Positions 27,005 to 35,867 of a DNA stretch of 37,609 bases are shown one piece after another. The number at the start of each line of letters is the position of its first letter. Within the stretch, counting starts at the first letter, position 1. The notes under the pieces were generated by a model that made no database searches, had not been told where the DNA came from, and worked only from the letters and a program-made list of their open reading frames with translations. A program made the translations under genes and the position numbers. The DNA is from a virus: positions 1-37,609 of the IMG/VR virus record IMGVR_UViG_3300045988_118907; one strand, 5' to 3'.

Positions 27005-27583
27005 TTATTTTCTCCCTTCTAGCAGTTCTTGTAACTCTAATATTCTCTCATTAATTGCTTTTATTCTGTCTATATCTTTTACTTTATTACAAGTTTTTAA
27101 CATGTTTTTATATTCTTCCATCTTATCTTTTACTTTTTGAACTGGAATACTGTTTTTTATACAATGATTTTTAACTACTACACTATTATTTAAATTTTCA
27201 TAATCATTTTTTAATGCTTCATTTTCTTTTAATAAAACTTCGTTTATTTCCAATACTCTTTTATAATCTGATAAAATATGCTGTTCACATCTATTTCTTT
27301 CTAACATACATTCTTCTTTTTCATATCTGCCACATATATGACATTGATTAGTAGAACATAATTTTAATCTTTCTATATCTTCTTTTATAGAACTTCGTTC
27401 ATTCTTAATACTATTCTCTCTATTAACATTTGTATCATCTTGTAGTTCTTTAATTTCTTCTTCTACTTCTGCTATTTCTTCTCTTATGTCTAAATCATCA
27501 GCGTTACATGCTAATCTAGCATCTTGTATTACATGTAGTGTTTCTAATCTCTCTTGTAATTTTTCTATACTATTTTCTTTCAC
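27005..27583 (-). CDS. hypothetical coiled-coil protein
   Basis: ORF, heptad-like composition. Confidence 0.5.
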   Translation of the reverse strand: MKENSIEKLQERLETLHVIQDARLACNADDLDIREEIAEVEEEIKELQDDTNVNRENSIKNERSSIKEDIERLKLCSTNQCHICGRYEKEECMLERNRCEQHILSDYKRVLEINEVLLKENEALKNDYENLNNSVVVKNHCIKNSIPVQKVKDKMEEYKNMLKTCNKVKDIDRIKAINERILELQELLEGRK

Positions 27584-27764
27584 TTAAAACACCTCCTACA
27601 AGTTTTTGTTTATTATTTCTATCTATTCCTACATAACAACCTGTATTTTCTTCTTTTGTATCTTTTCCTGGATATAAAATACACTTGTTATTTATATTAT
27701 TCATACAGTCTTTACATTTTATTAAATCTTCAAATAATTGCATTAAATCCACTCCTCTCCACAC
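27570..27764 (-). CDS. small Cys-rich protein
   Basis: ORF; probable start MQLFEDLIKCKDC. Confidence 0.4.
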   Translation of the reverse strand: MWRGVDLMQLFEDLIKCKDCMNNINNKCILYPGKDTKEENTGCYVGIDRNNKQKLVGGVLSERK

Positions 27765-27898
27765 TTTTCACACTTATATACAATGTGGTCTATTTCCATA
27801 TCTAAAAATTCAGCTTTCATTCTTCCACCACATTTAGGACAATGTAAACTAAATATATCTTTAATTTTTTCTATTATTCTTTTTATTTTTTCTTTCAC
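27743..27898 (-). CDS. small zinc-ribbon protein (51 aa)
   Basis: GTG start; HCPKCGGRMKAEFLDMEIDHIVYKCEKCGEEWI*. Confidence 0.5.
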   Translation of the reverse strand: MKEKIKRIIEKIKDIFSLHCPKCGGRMKAEFLDMEIDHIVYKCEKCGEEWI

Positions 27899-27916
27899 TT
27901 AATTACCTCCTAATAG

Positions 27917-28138
27917 TTATCCGATTAATTTAATGTTAAAACCAAATCCTTGTAATTTTTTAGTATAATATTCACGAGAAGACCAATAAAATGTATGTGT
28001 TGATAAATACAAATGATGTTTAAAATAATTTTTTATTGTTTCTTTTGTTTCTATTATTGGTACAACCCAGCCATTGTCCATATCATCATCTACTACTATT
28101 TTATATTTACTGTTTGGTTTAATTTTAGAAAGTTCCAC
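27917..28138 (-). CDS. hypothetical protein
   Basis: ORF with GTG start. Confidence 0.4.
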   Translation of the reverse strand: MELSKIKPNSKYKIVVDDDMDNGWVVPIIETKETIKNYFKHHLYLSTHTFYWSSREYYTKKLQGFGFNIKLIG

Positions 28139-28146
28139 CCAATTTT

Positions 28147-28383
28147 TTACTTTATCCGTCCTAATTCCTCTACTTTCTTATTTATTGCTTGTAGTTCTTG
28201 CATAGTTATTCCATATCTATTTTCATCTATAATATCTATTGTTTTATATTCTGTATTAAATGAAAATGTTTTCGCTAAATCTTCATTTTCCCATTCTTCC
28301 AAAAATCTTGAAAATATAATATCTAAATTTCTCTTTTTATACCCTAACTTTTCAAACATCTCATCTGCTGTTTTTTCTTTCAT
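28147..28383 (-). CDS. hypothetical protein; in-frame CGG three codons before stop
   Basis: ...KKVEELG CGG ATA AAG TAA; under the C-skip rule it ends ELGG* at 28152. Confidence 0.5.
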   Translation of the reverse strand: MKEKTADEMFEKLGYKKRNLDIIFSRFLEEWENEDLAKTFSFNTEYKTIDIIDENRYGITMQELQAINKKVEELGRIK

Positions 28384-28398
28384 TATGTATCCTCCCCT

Positions 28399-28695
28399 TT
28401 AATATCTCGCTAAAAATTCTTTTAATTCTTTTCTTAATGTTTCCCAATCTTCTATTTTTTCTAGCAATTTATTTAATTCATCTTTAGTCAATTTTGTGCA
28501 TTCCCAGTTGGTCTCATCAAAATCATAACAACTACAATGATATCCTTCTACTAAAACAAATTCATTATATTCTGTATCAGGCATATCTTCTAGCAATAAT
28601 AACCTTTCCATCTCATAATCTCTTGAACTTGTTGTTGCAAATAATACATTATGCATTTTTATATCTGTTTTATTTTTTAAATTATATTTTTCCAT
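28399..28695 (-). CDS. hypothetical protein
   Basis: ORF. Confidence 0.45.
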   Translation of the reverse strand: MEKYNLKNKTDIKMHNVLFATTSSRDYEMERLLLLEDMPDTEYNEFVLVEGYHCSCYDFDETNWECTKLTKDELNKLLEKIEDWETLRKELKEFLARY

Positions 28696-28712
28696 ATCTT
28701 ATTTACTCCTCT

Positions 28713-28961
28713 CTAATATATATATTTTAATGAAGTCCCTTCTCTTAATAACGAGCTTATATAATTTGCATCTGATATTTTAAATTTATTTGCTTGATTA
28801 TAATCTGATGTAAATATATAATCAGCTTCAAAAGTTACTTCATTATTTTCACAATCTACTCTTGGACATAATGAAAATTCCTTTAAATATAATTCTTTAT
28901 ATTTTATAATGCAATAATTATATTTAGGCTCCCTATCTTCACAGATTTTATTTTCGTCCAT
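28713..28961 (-). CDS. hypothetical protein
   Basis: ORF. Confidence 0.4.
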   Translation of the reverse strand: MDENKICEDREPKYNYCIIKYKELYLKEFSLCPRVDCENNEVTFEADYIFTSDYNQANKFKISDANYISSLLREGTSLKYIY

Positions 28962-28964
28962 ATC

Positions 28965-29288
28965 TTATTTACTCCTCTCCAGTTCTTCTAAAATTCTATC
29001 AATAGCATAGCAATAAGGATAATTTCTATTGCCCATGCCTTTTAAAATATTTGACCAGTCTTTTAATATTTTTTTGTTATATTCTAAATCATCATTGTAT
29101 TGTTTATGTTCTATATAATACTTATACCAATATTCGCTTTTTTCTGTTGAAGTCATAGTTTTATCTAATATTTCAGTTATAGCTTCTTTTAATTTTCTAT
29201 TTTCATTATCTAGTTTGTGATTTGTTGTCATAACCCAACAATTTTGTAAAGTATTTTTTGTTTCTTTAGATATTTCCTCTTTACTCAT
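28965..29288 (-). CDS. hypothetical protein
   Basis: ORF. Confidence 0.45.
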   Translation of the reverse strand: MSKEEISKETKNTLQNCWVMTTNHKLDNENRKLKEAITEILDKTMTSTEKSEYWYKYYIEHKQYNDDLEYNKKILKDWSNILKGMGNRNYPYCYAIDRILEELERSK

Positions 29289-29291
29289 ATC

Positions 29292-29804
29292 TTATTTACT
29301 CCTCTCTAAATCATAAATTCTGTCCCTTTGCATACTTCTTAACATTGATGATAATATTACTTCTTTATCTGCTTTAAGTTCTTGTTTTTTTGATGGCTTT
29401 ATACAATATAATTCTTTTAAACCATCAACTGGTTCAGCAAAATATTTTGTCCATTTATTACCGACTACATCAATTTGTTCTTCTTCTTTTTGTTCTATTC
29501 TATCTACTGCTACAAGAACTCCTATTTCTGTTGGTATTTCATTTTTTACTTCTTGATATAATTTATATGGCATTACAAAATAATTTTTATTTCCTATAAA
29601 TGTTAATCTATTTTTACTATGAAAATCTTGTTTTGATTGTTTTATCTCATAGCAGTAAGTTTCTCTTTGACAGTTGTACATTATACAATCTACTATTTCT
29701 TTTCCATACCAGCCAATCGTACATTCAAAAACATAAAACTCATTTCTTTTATTAAAACGATTCGCTAATAATTGTTCTAGTCTTTTTGTAGTTTCTGTTT
29801 TCAT
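29292..29804 (-). CDS. MmcB-like DNA repair family protein (PD-(D/E)XK-like)
   Basis: GWYGKEIVDCIMYNCQRETYCYEIKQSKQDFHSKNRLTFIGNKNYFVMP. Confidence 0.6.
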   Translation of the reverse strand: MKTETTKRLEQLLANRFNKRNEFYVFECTIGWYGKEIVDCIMYNCQRETYCYEIKQSKQDFHSKNRLTFIGNKNYFVMPYKLYQEVKNEIPTEIGVLVAVDRIEQKEEEQIDVVGNKWTKYFAEPVDGLKELYCIKPSKKQELKADKEVILSSMLRSMQRDRIYDLERSK

Positions 29805-29811
29805 ATCTTAT

Positions 29812-29979
29812 TTACTCCTTTACTTCTACAATATTGTTTTCAGGACAATACCATATTCGCCCATCATCTTGTTTTATATGTACTGTCATATCTCTTCCTG
29901 TTGGTTTAAAATGTTTTATCACTACTCCAATATGTCCATCATATGTTGCTACTCTTTTTCCTATTAATGTTTTTAACAT
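29812..29979 (-). CDS. small hypothetical protein (55 aa)
   Basis: MLKTLIGKRVATYDGHIGVVIKHFKPTGRDMTVHIKQDDGRIWYCPENNIVEVKE*. Confidence 0.45.
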   Translation of the reverse strand: MLKTLIGKRVATYDGHIGVVIKHFKPTGRDMTVHIKQDDGRIWYCPENNIVEVKE

Positions 29980-29981
29980 AT

Positions 29982-30266
29982 CTATTCTCCTCCTAATAAC
30001 TCTGGATTATCGTATAAGCAACCGTCTTTAATCCATTTATAACCTAATTGTACTAAGCAACCAAAGTCATACCAATCTACATTAGGATTAAAATTTCCAT
30101 AGGTTCGTAAATACCAGTAGTCTCCATCTTCATCATATTCAAAACTTGCAATTCCCCATTTATGACTGTTGTCTCTTGCCCATTGATTAATCATTACATA
30201 TTTATGATTTGTTTTTTCTAAAGCTATATCTAAATTGTTTATTCTCTTATAATATTTTCTATTCAT
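29982..30266 (-). CDS. hypothetical protein
   Basis: ORF. Confidence 0.4.
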   Translation of the reverse strand: MNRKYYKRINNLDIALEKTNHKYVMINQWARDNSHKWGIASFEYDEDGDYWYLRTYGNFNPNVDWYDFGCLVQLGYKWIKDGCLYDNPELLGGE

Positions 30267-30280
30267 CTTCTCCTCCTACT

Positions 30281-30871
30281 TTATATATGGCAATCTACTA
30301 CAATTAAGTATTTGTCTTGATTTTCTGGTTTATTAATTGTTTCTGTAAATTTTTCTAAGAATAGTTGTTCACTATCTTTTGTACTATCATTCATAGCCCA
30401 CCAGCCCATTTTTCCTTTTTCATACCAGCCTGTTTCATCTAATAATGCCCAACAAGAAAATGTACTTTGCATCTTTGCATAATTTTCCTTTGTTTCATAT
30501 CTTTCTATATAATATTCTTTTTTATAAACTTCCCACTTAATATCCTCTTTTTCCACTTCTGTTAATGGTTCTTTTCCTTCCACATAAGTTTCCCAAAACC
30601 TAATTGCTTTGTTATATGTATTTTTAAATTCAATAGCTTTTTTAAAGTCTATGTCTTTTATTCTTGCACCATCTACCCATTTATATCCTATTGGAGATTC
30701 TTTTCTTAAATTGCTTCCTTGGTTTATTAAATCTTCTAAGCTAGTTTTTGATATTACATCTTCATTATCTTCTTTAGTTAACAATGAATTTCTCCATCTT
30801 CCACCTACTGAATACCAATCCCACTTCGAATTTGGATTATATGTACTTAATTCATTTCCGCTGTTCATCAT
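30281..30871 (-). CDS. hypothetical phage protein (Trp-rich)
   Basis: YNPNSKWDWYSVGGRWRNSLL is common in phage early accessory proteins. Confidence 0.55.
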   Translation of the reverse strand: MMNSGNELSTYNPNSKWDWYSVGGRWRNSLLTKEDNEDVISKTSLEDLINQGSNLRKESPIGYKWVDGARIKDIDFKKAIEFKNTYNKAIRFWETYVEGKEPLTEVEKEDIKWEVYKKEYYIERYETKENYAKMQSTFSCWALLDETGWYEKGKMGWWAMNDSTKDSEQLFLEKFTETINKPENQDKYLIVVDCHI

Positions 30872-31133
30872 AAGTTTCGTATTCCTCTATTTCAGCCTTA
30901 TATAATTCTTCGTCGTTTTCGGCATTTATATATTTTAGTTGCCAATCACTTAATTCTTTTCCTTCTTTTTGTTCTTTAGAATAATCTTCTTTTCGCTTTC
31001 TTGCTTCTTTGATTATTTCTTCTTTTGTTCTCTCTATATAAGGTTCTACTTCTAAATTCTCATCATAAGATGCTAACATTTCCTCTAATTTTTCTTTTTT
31101 TGCAGTTATAACTGCTACTGTAAAATGACTCAT
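30852..31133 (-). CDS. hypothetical protein
   Basis: MSHFTVAVITAKKEKLEEMLASYDENLEVEPY. Confidence 0.5.
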   Translation of the reverse strand: MSHFTVAVITAKKEKLEEMLASYDENLEVEPYIERTKEEIIKEARKRKEDYSKEQKEGKELSDWQLKYINAENDEELYKAEIEEYETYDEQRK

Positions 31134-31146
31134 TATTCTTCTCCTC

Positions 31147-31476
31147 CTACTTAATTATTCTTAGTTCCAGATCTGGGTAAACTTTTTCAAATATCTTATG
31201 TTTTAATTTGAATACATCTGTCTGCATTCCTTTTACGTCTTCTACTATTGTTTTGCCATTTTCTATGTACTTAAAGTCCGCTACATATTCTATCTTTCTG
31301 TAAGTTTTACCGTTTTTCTTAAATTTATCTTGTAATAAAAATCTTGGTTGTAGTTCTAAGTTGCTTATTTCTCCTACTCTTTCTAACAGTCTTAATTCTT
31401 TATATCTATTTCCTTCTTTCTTGCTGTCAAATTCTTCTCCGTCTACTATTACTTTTTTATTTCTGTATTTGTTCAC
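31147..31476 (-). CDS. DUF1064 (endonuclease-like) phage protein
   Basis: KVIVDGEEFDSKKEGNRYKELRLLERVGEISNLELQPRF...YVADFKY...VEDVKG. Confidence 0.85.
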   Translation of the reverse strand: MNKYRNKKVIVDGEEFDSKKEGNRYKELRLLERVGEISNLELQPRFLLQDKFKKNGKTYRKIEYVADFKYIENGKTIVEDVKGMQTDVFKLKHKIFEKVYPDLELRIIK

Positions 31477-31605
31477 TTTTCTTTAGCTCCTTTTCTATGT
31501 AATTTTCACATCTCCTAACTCCGTTTGAAGTTTTCTAATTCAAGCCTATTACAGCCTCTACATTTTACACATTTACCGTTCTAACGGTGGATAATTATAT
31601 TTCAC
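31457..31605 (-). CDS. small zinc-binding Cys-rich protein missed by ORF track, requires two +1 shifts (CGG 31578-31576 and 31523-31521)
   Basis: RBS AAGGAG; MKYNYPPLE (skip C) GKCVKCRGCNRLELENFK (skip C) GVRRCENYIEKELKKSEQIQK*; length 149 = 3x49+2. Confidence 0.8.
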
Positions 31606-31616
31606 AAGCTCTCTCC

Positions 31617-32447
31617 TTAATCTTTAAAGATTGTATTTTCATCTACCATACTGTTGTCTGTTATTTTTACACTCATCTTTTTATCTATTTTAAGCCTTAT
31701 ATCCGCCTCTTTCGCATTAAATGGCATAAATGAACCATTATAGTTAGTTGTACTTTTTAAGTATTCTCCTTCTTTAACAAACTTTGCTCCGTCTGAATAA
31801 TTGCTTTTTAATTCAATACCATCTCTTAAAGAGTATATATAAGCTATTCTTCCAATAAAATTTAATTGCTTTTCTCTATATTCAGGATACTGCGTTATAA
31901 ATCTGTTATAAATATCTGTAAACTCTGTTTTTAATTCATATAAGAATCTAGGCACAGTTTTTTCCTGATAGTCTTTTATAACTGCATTATCCACAAATGT
32001 TCTTGGTTTTCCATCGCAAATTAATGATATTAATTCATTTTTAAAGTCATTTTCATTTATATAAATTAATGGGTGTGAAAATATATTTGTTTCAATTTCA
32101 TATCCTCCACCTTCTTTTTCATGTAAGTACCTAACATTTATTACGAATGTATCTTCTATTTTTCCAATTGTATTATTTGGTTCATCTAGCTTGTTGTAAC
32201 ATTCATCTTTTCTGTATTTATCTCTAAAATCGTTGTATTTTAGAGCTCTACTTGTATATCCTTTTTGTCTAACTTTTTTTCCAAATTTACAGTTCTGTTG
32301 CCACCTTCCTGCACTAAAACATTTTCCTTGTTTATAGAAACTACAATTTTTATATTTATCGCAATATGTCATTTCAGCTTCTAATGGTGTTTCTCTTCCA
32401 CCAAATATACTTTTTCCTCCATATAAATTAACATTTATTTTATCCAT
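31617..32447 (-). CDS. hypothetical phage protein
   Basis: 276 aa ORF with N-terminal Cys cluster. Confidence 0.55.
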   Translation of the reverse strand: MDKINVNLYGGKSIFGGRETPLEAEMTYCDKYKNCSFYKQGKCFSAGRWQQNCKFGKKVRQKGYTSRALKYNDFRDKYRKDECYNKLDEPNNTIGKIEDTFVINVRYLHEKEGGGYEIETNIFSHPLIYINENDFKNELISLICDGKPRTFVDNAVIKDYQEKTVPRFLYELKTEFTDIYNRFITQYPEYREKQLNFIGRIAYIYSLRDGIELKSNYSDGAKFVKEGEYLKSTTNYNGSFMPFNAKEADIRLKIDKKMSVKITDNSMVDENTIFKD

Positions 32448-32456
32448 AATTGCCTC

Positions 32457-32711
32457 CTAATCTATTCTTGGAATATGGCTCATATTTTCTGCTACCATAT
32501 CCGATAAATAATATCTTTTAAAACTTACATCTTCTCCAAATCTATTCTTTTTTTGTACCCATTCTGTTGTAAATTCATATCCATCTTTTTTTAGTTGATC
32601 AATTCTTGCTCCTAACTGCATTACTCCTAAATCTTGATATGCTTCCCAACTTGTTATACTTCCAAACTGTCGTATATAATTTATAATTCTGTCCTTTTGA
32701 GTTATCTTCAT
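32457..32711 (-). CDS. phage helix-turn-helix protein
   Basis: ITQKDRIINYIRQFGSITSWEAYQDLGVMQLGARIDQLKKDGYEF. Confidence 0.75.
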   Translation of the reverse strand: MKITQKDRIINYIRQFGSITSWEAYQDLGVMQLGARIDQLKKDGYEFTTEWVQKKNRFGEDVSFKRYYLSDMVAENMSHIPRID

Positions 32712-32725
32712 TTGTTTATCACTCC

Positions 32726-33314
32726 TTACCTAAACTTCTTGTCCATATCTACACTCATTAAATCGTAAAATAAATCGTCTTGTTCTTCTTGTGTTAGTAA
32801 AGCATAATCTGAACATTCTTTACATTTTGATATGATTCTTGTTTTTTTAGTAAAATCTTTTTCGATTTGCTCTTTATATTTATTAAATAAAAATAAATAT
32901 ATATTATTATCATTATTGTTTGTGTCCCTTACCTGTCCTTGACCGTACCTTTTGCATGTCCGAGGACATGTCCAAAGTTTCTTTTTGAATTTGATATTTG
33001 TCGTAATTTTCAATACTTATAAGAGTTTTTTTGTTGTCCCTAACTTGTACCAACATGCCGTCCTGTTCTAATTGGTTTAAATAATCACTTACTTTATGCC
33101 TAGACCATCTCCACCTTTTAGATAATTTCTCTAATGACGTTATTCTTTGTCCTCTTTCTACTTCTATAAAACCCTTATCAAATTCCACCTTTTCTTTTTG
33201 GTGATTCACCATTAATAATAAATCTATCCATGCACTTCTTTTGTCGAAAGGCTCTTTGCTTTTCCAGAGCCAATGCTCTTGTAATTGTCTATGTAAACTT
33301 ATCCAGCCTTCCAT
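32726..33314 (-). CDS. phage replication protein (DnaD/RepO-like N-terminal winged helix), requires +1 shift at CGG 32945-32943
   Basis: SLHRQLQEHWLW...TSLEKLSKRWRWSRHKVSDYLNQLEQDGMLVQ...MSSDMQKV then (skip C) GQGQVRDTNNNDNNIYLFLFNKYKEQIEKDF...; length 589 = 3x196+1. Confidence 0.85.
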
Positions 33315-33365
33315 ATTTTTTCATTCCTTTCGTATAATAAAGGGATAAAACTTATGTCTTATCCC

Positions 33366-33743
33366 TTAGTTGTTTGCTTTTCCATATTCTTTAATAAATT
33401 CTTCTTTTGTTTTGTTGTAATATTTGCACCAAGCTTTTTGTGCTATTCTTTTTAATTGCCTGTTTAATTTGTCTCCGTTTTTGCCGTGTACTCCATTCGT
33501 TCCACGATGGTCTTTTCTCATCAAAAATACTATCAAGCCATCATTTATACTCTTTTGTCTGTAAGCCTTTGAAAAATAAACCTCGTGCCTTTCACAATAT
33601 ATTTCTGTTCTTACCGTGCTATATAATTTGCTTTTGGGCATAATACAAAATTCTTCTTCACTCTTTTTTACATTTTTCTTTGAGTTTTTCTGTGTATTTT
33701 TTGGGCAAGGATTAAAACTATTACTTAAATCTGTTACTATCAT
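33366..33743 (-). CDS. hypothetical phage protein
   Basis: YCERHEVYF...RKDHRGTNGVHGKNGDKLNRQLKRIAQKAW. Confidence 0.55.
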   Translation of the reverse strand: MIVTDLSNSFNPCPKNTQKNSKKNVKKSEEEFCIMPKSKLYSTVRTEIYCERHEVYFSKAYRQKSINDGLIVFLMRKDHRGTNGVHGKNGDKLNRQLKRIAQKAWCKYYNKTKEEFIKEYGKANN

Positions 33744-34282
33744 TTCTTATCCCAACTTTCTAACAAACTATCTATTTCCTTTTGTGATTTTGTTTCTATT
33801 CCATAAACTTTGCAGTCTTGTACCACTCCATCTATAAGTCTTGCCATTTGTTTTGAATTAAAAGAACTAGAACCATAATAAGCATTTATTATTTTAAATT
33901 CTGTATCTCCTATATACTCTGTGTCTGCTATTTCACTAAACCAAGCTATTCCTTGTGCTGTCCACATTTTTTCAAAGGTGTTTACATTGTCTTTTTCTAT
34001 TTTGAATCTTCTGAATATTCCTAGTTCTTTTACTCTTCTTTTGTATTCTTCAATTGTATCTATTTCTGCTAAATCGCATAATTCTTGTAAAAGTTTCCAG
34101 AAATAATTATTTGCATTAGTCGTTCTTTTCTTTATGTATCTCTTTGCTTCTATTTTTAGTTTTAAGCCTTTTAATTGTTCGATATCTGATAACTTGTCCC
34201 TCTCATTTATTAAAAAGCTTATTTTTGGTTTTCCTGTCTTATAGTCTATGTTTATTTCTTCTAATGTTCCTGTAGTTTGCAT
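33740..34282 (-). CDS. phage recombination/replication-associated protein
   Basis: KRYIKKRTTNANNYFWKLLQELCDLAEI; NinB/YqaJ-neighbour style; family not certain. Confidence 0.5.
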   Translation of the reverse strand: MQTTGTLEEINIDYKTGKPKISFLINERDKLSDIEQLKGLKLKIEAKRYIKKRTTNANNYFWKLLQELCDLAEIDTIEEYKRRVKELGIFRRFKIEKDNVNTFEKMWTAQGIAWFSEIADTEYIGDTEFKIINAYYGSSSFNSKQMARLIDGVVQDCKVYGIETKSQKEIDSLLESWDKK

Positions 34283-34290
34283 TTAACCAC

Positions 34291-35022
34291 CTACTTATTT
34301 TCTTCTGCTAAATTCTTGCCATTATTTTTTAATGCATTTTCTATTGATGAGTAATCTTTAACATCTAATATCTTTGGTAAATTTCCTATTCTAGATTTTT
34401 TTACAATTGCTTTTGTTTCATCTCCACTTTTTTCTAGTTGAATAACTATATCCATTAAATATTCCACTATATCTAATGCGTCATATGTAAGCCCTACTGG
34501 TTGCATTTTTCCATCTTTTGTATCCCACACATTCTTTGCTCTTGCCACTAATATTAAGTTCATAGGAACATCTTTTAATTGGTTTAATACTGTTCTTGCC
34601 ATTTCTCTTCTATATGCGTACCATTTTGTTTTTTGAAGTTGGTTTAACTCCCCTACTCTTTTTCCTATCATTTGTTCATATTTCTTAGCACTTACATCTT
34701 CTATGCAATCAAGTAAATCTGTAATCGGATCTACTATTAATGTTTTTCTGTCAGGATATTCTCCTTTTAAAATTTCTTCTATTAAATTCACTGTTAACGT
34801 TGCTGGGTTACTTGCTCTATTATTTGTCTTGTCTACTTCTGCTTTGCAAAAGTCAAATTGTTCGGCATATAATCTTGTACTGCCTTCTAAATCTATTACT
34901 ATTGGATTTGGAGAAGATAGTGCAAATCTACTTTTGCCACTTCCACTTTCTCCCCAAACCATAATTTTTAAATTAACATCATCTAATGTTGCTTTTTTCG
35001 CTAACATTTTACTTACCTCCAC
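34291..35022 (-). CDS. phage AAA/RecA-like ATP-binding protein
   Basis: GESGSGKSRFALSSPNPIVIDLEG, TLIVDPITDL. Confidence 0.85.
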   Translation of the reverse strand: MEVSKMLAKKATLDDVNLKIMVWGESGSGKSRFALSSPNPIVIDLEGSTRLYAEQFDFCKAEVDKTNNRASNPATLTVNLIEEILKGEYPDRKTLIVDPITDLLDCIEDVSAKKYEQMIGKRVGELNQLQKTKWYAYRREMARTVLNQLKDVPMNLILVARAKNVWDTKDGKMQPVGLTYDALDIVEYLMDIVIQLEKSGDETKAIVKKSRIGNLPKILDVKDYSSIENALKNNGKNLAEENK

Positions 35023-35061
35023 AATAATTATTTTTATTGTCTTTTAAATCTAAATAATCCA

Positions 35062-35214
35062 TTATTTATCCCTCAATCTTTTCTTAAACTCCTCTTTTAA
35101 TGCTTTTTTCTTGTTATATAGTGTGTTTTCTTCTTCATTCAATATTGCTTGTTCATAAATTAGTTGCGTATCTGTATATCTGGCTATAACTTCATTATAC
35201 TTAGCATCTTCCAT
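35062..35214 (-). CDS. small hypothetical protein (50 aa)
   Basis: MEDAKYNEVIARYTDTQLIYEQAILNEEENTLYNKKKALKEEFKKRLRDK*. Confidence 0.45.
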   Translation of the reverse strand: MEDAKYNEVIARYTDTQLIYEQAILNEEENTLYNKKKALKEEFKKRLRDK

Positions 35215-35429
35215 CAAAACCTACTCCTTTCAAATTGATAGTTCATTTCTCTTTCTTCACGTTCATTTTCTTCTAGTATTTTTTCTTGCACTTCTTCTAA
35301 TTCATCTTGTGCTCTGTATTTAATTTCATTTAAATCATCTATGTAATCTTGATCATCTATTTCATCTATTAATAAATTTATAGAACTAACTATTTCGTCT
35401 AGTTCGTCATATTTTCTTTGTAAATCCAT
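35214..35429 (-). CDS. hypothetical acidic protein
   Basis: ORF. Confidence 0.4.
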   Translation of the reverse strand: MDLQRKYDELDEIVSSINLLIDEIDDQDYIDDLNEIKYRAQDELEEVQEKILEENEREEREMNYQFERSRF

Positions 35430-35506
35430 TTTTCCTCCTTTACATATCTGCTTCTTTGTGATAAAATAGAAACAGATATGAGTTTATATATATTCTTATT
35501 TTTGAG

Positions 35507-35806
35507 TTATCTAAAGCTTTTGTCGGTGTTAGATAGCTCGTTTATTTTGTCTAAACAATTTTCTACTAAAGCATTTATAATAATGTTTCTATGTTTATTT
35601 TTATCTTCTTCTGATACACCCAAGTTGTTTACATCTTGTAAATTTAGTAAATCTCTTATTGTATTATTTAAAAAGTTAATTGACTCTTGTTTACAAAATT
35701 TAGTTCTTTGTAATTCTTGATTTAAGTTTTGATTTATTTTGCTTACTGCTAAGCTTCCTTTTTTTAGTTCATTGTTTTTTATTATTAAATCAATTTGTTT
35801 AAACAT
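35507..35806 (-). CDS. hypothetical protein
   Basis: ORF. Confidence 0.45.
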   Translation of the reverse strand: MFKQIDLIIKNNELKKGSLAVSKINQNLNQELQRTKFCKQESINFLNNTIRDLLNLQDVNNLGVSEEDKNKHRNIIINALVENCLDKINELSNTDKSFR

Positions 35807-35867
35807 CTCTCTTCACTCCTTTCCTTGTAAAATTTTGTAATTTATTGTATAATTTCCTCGAAATGAG

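Noticed and set aside
1987-32945. CGG reassigned to another amino acid (e.g. Trp or Gln) as in some bacteria
   Set aside because: A simple reassignment leaves frame 0, which ends at stops shortly after nearly every site; only a frame change restores the proteins.
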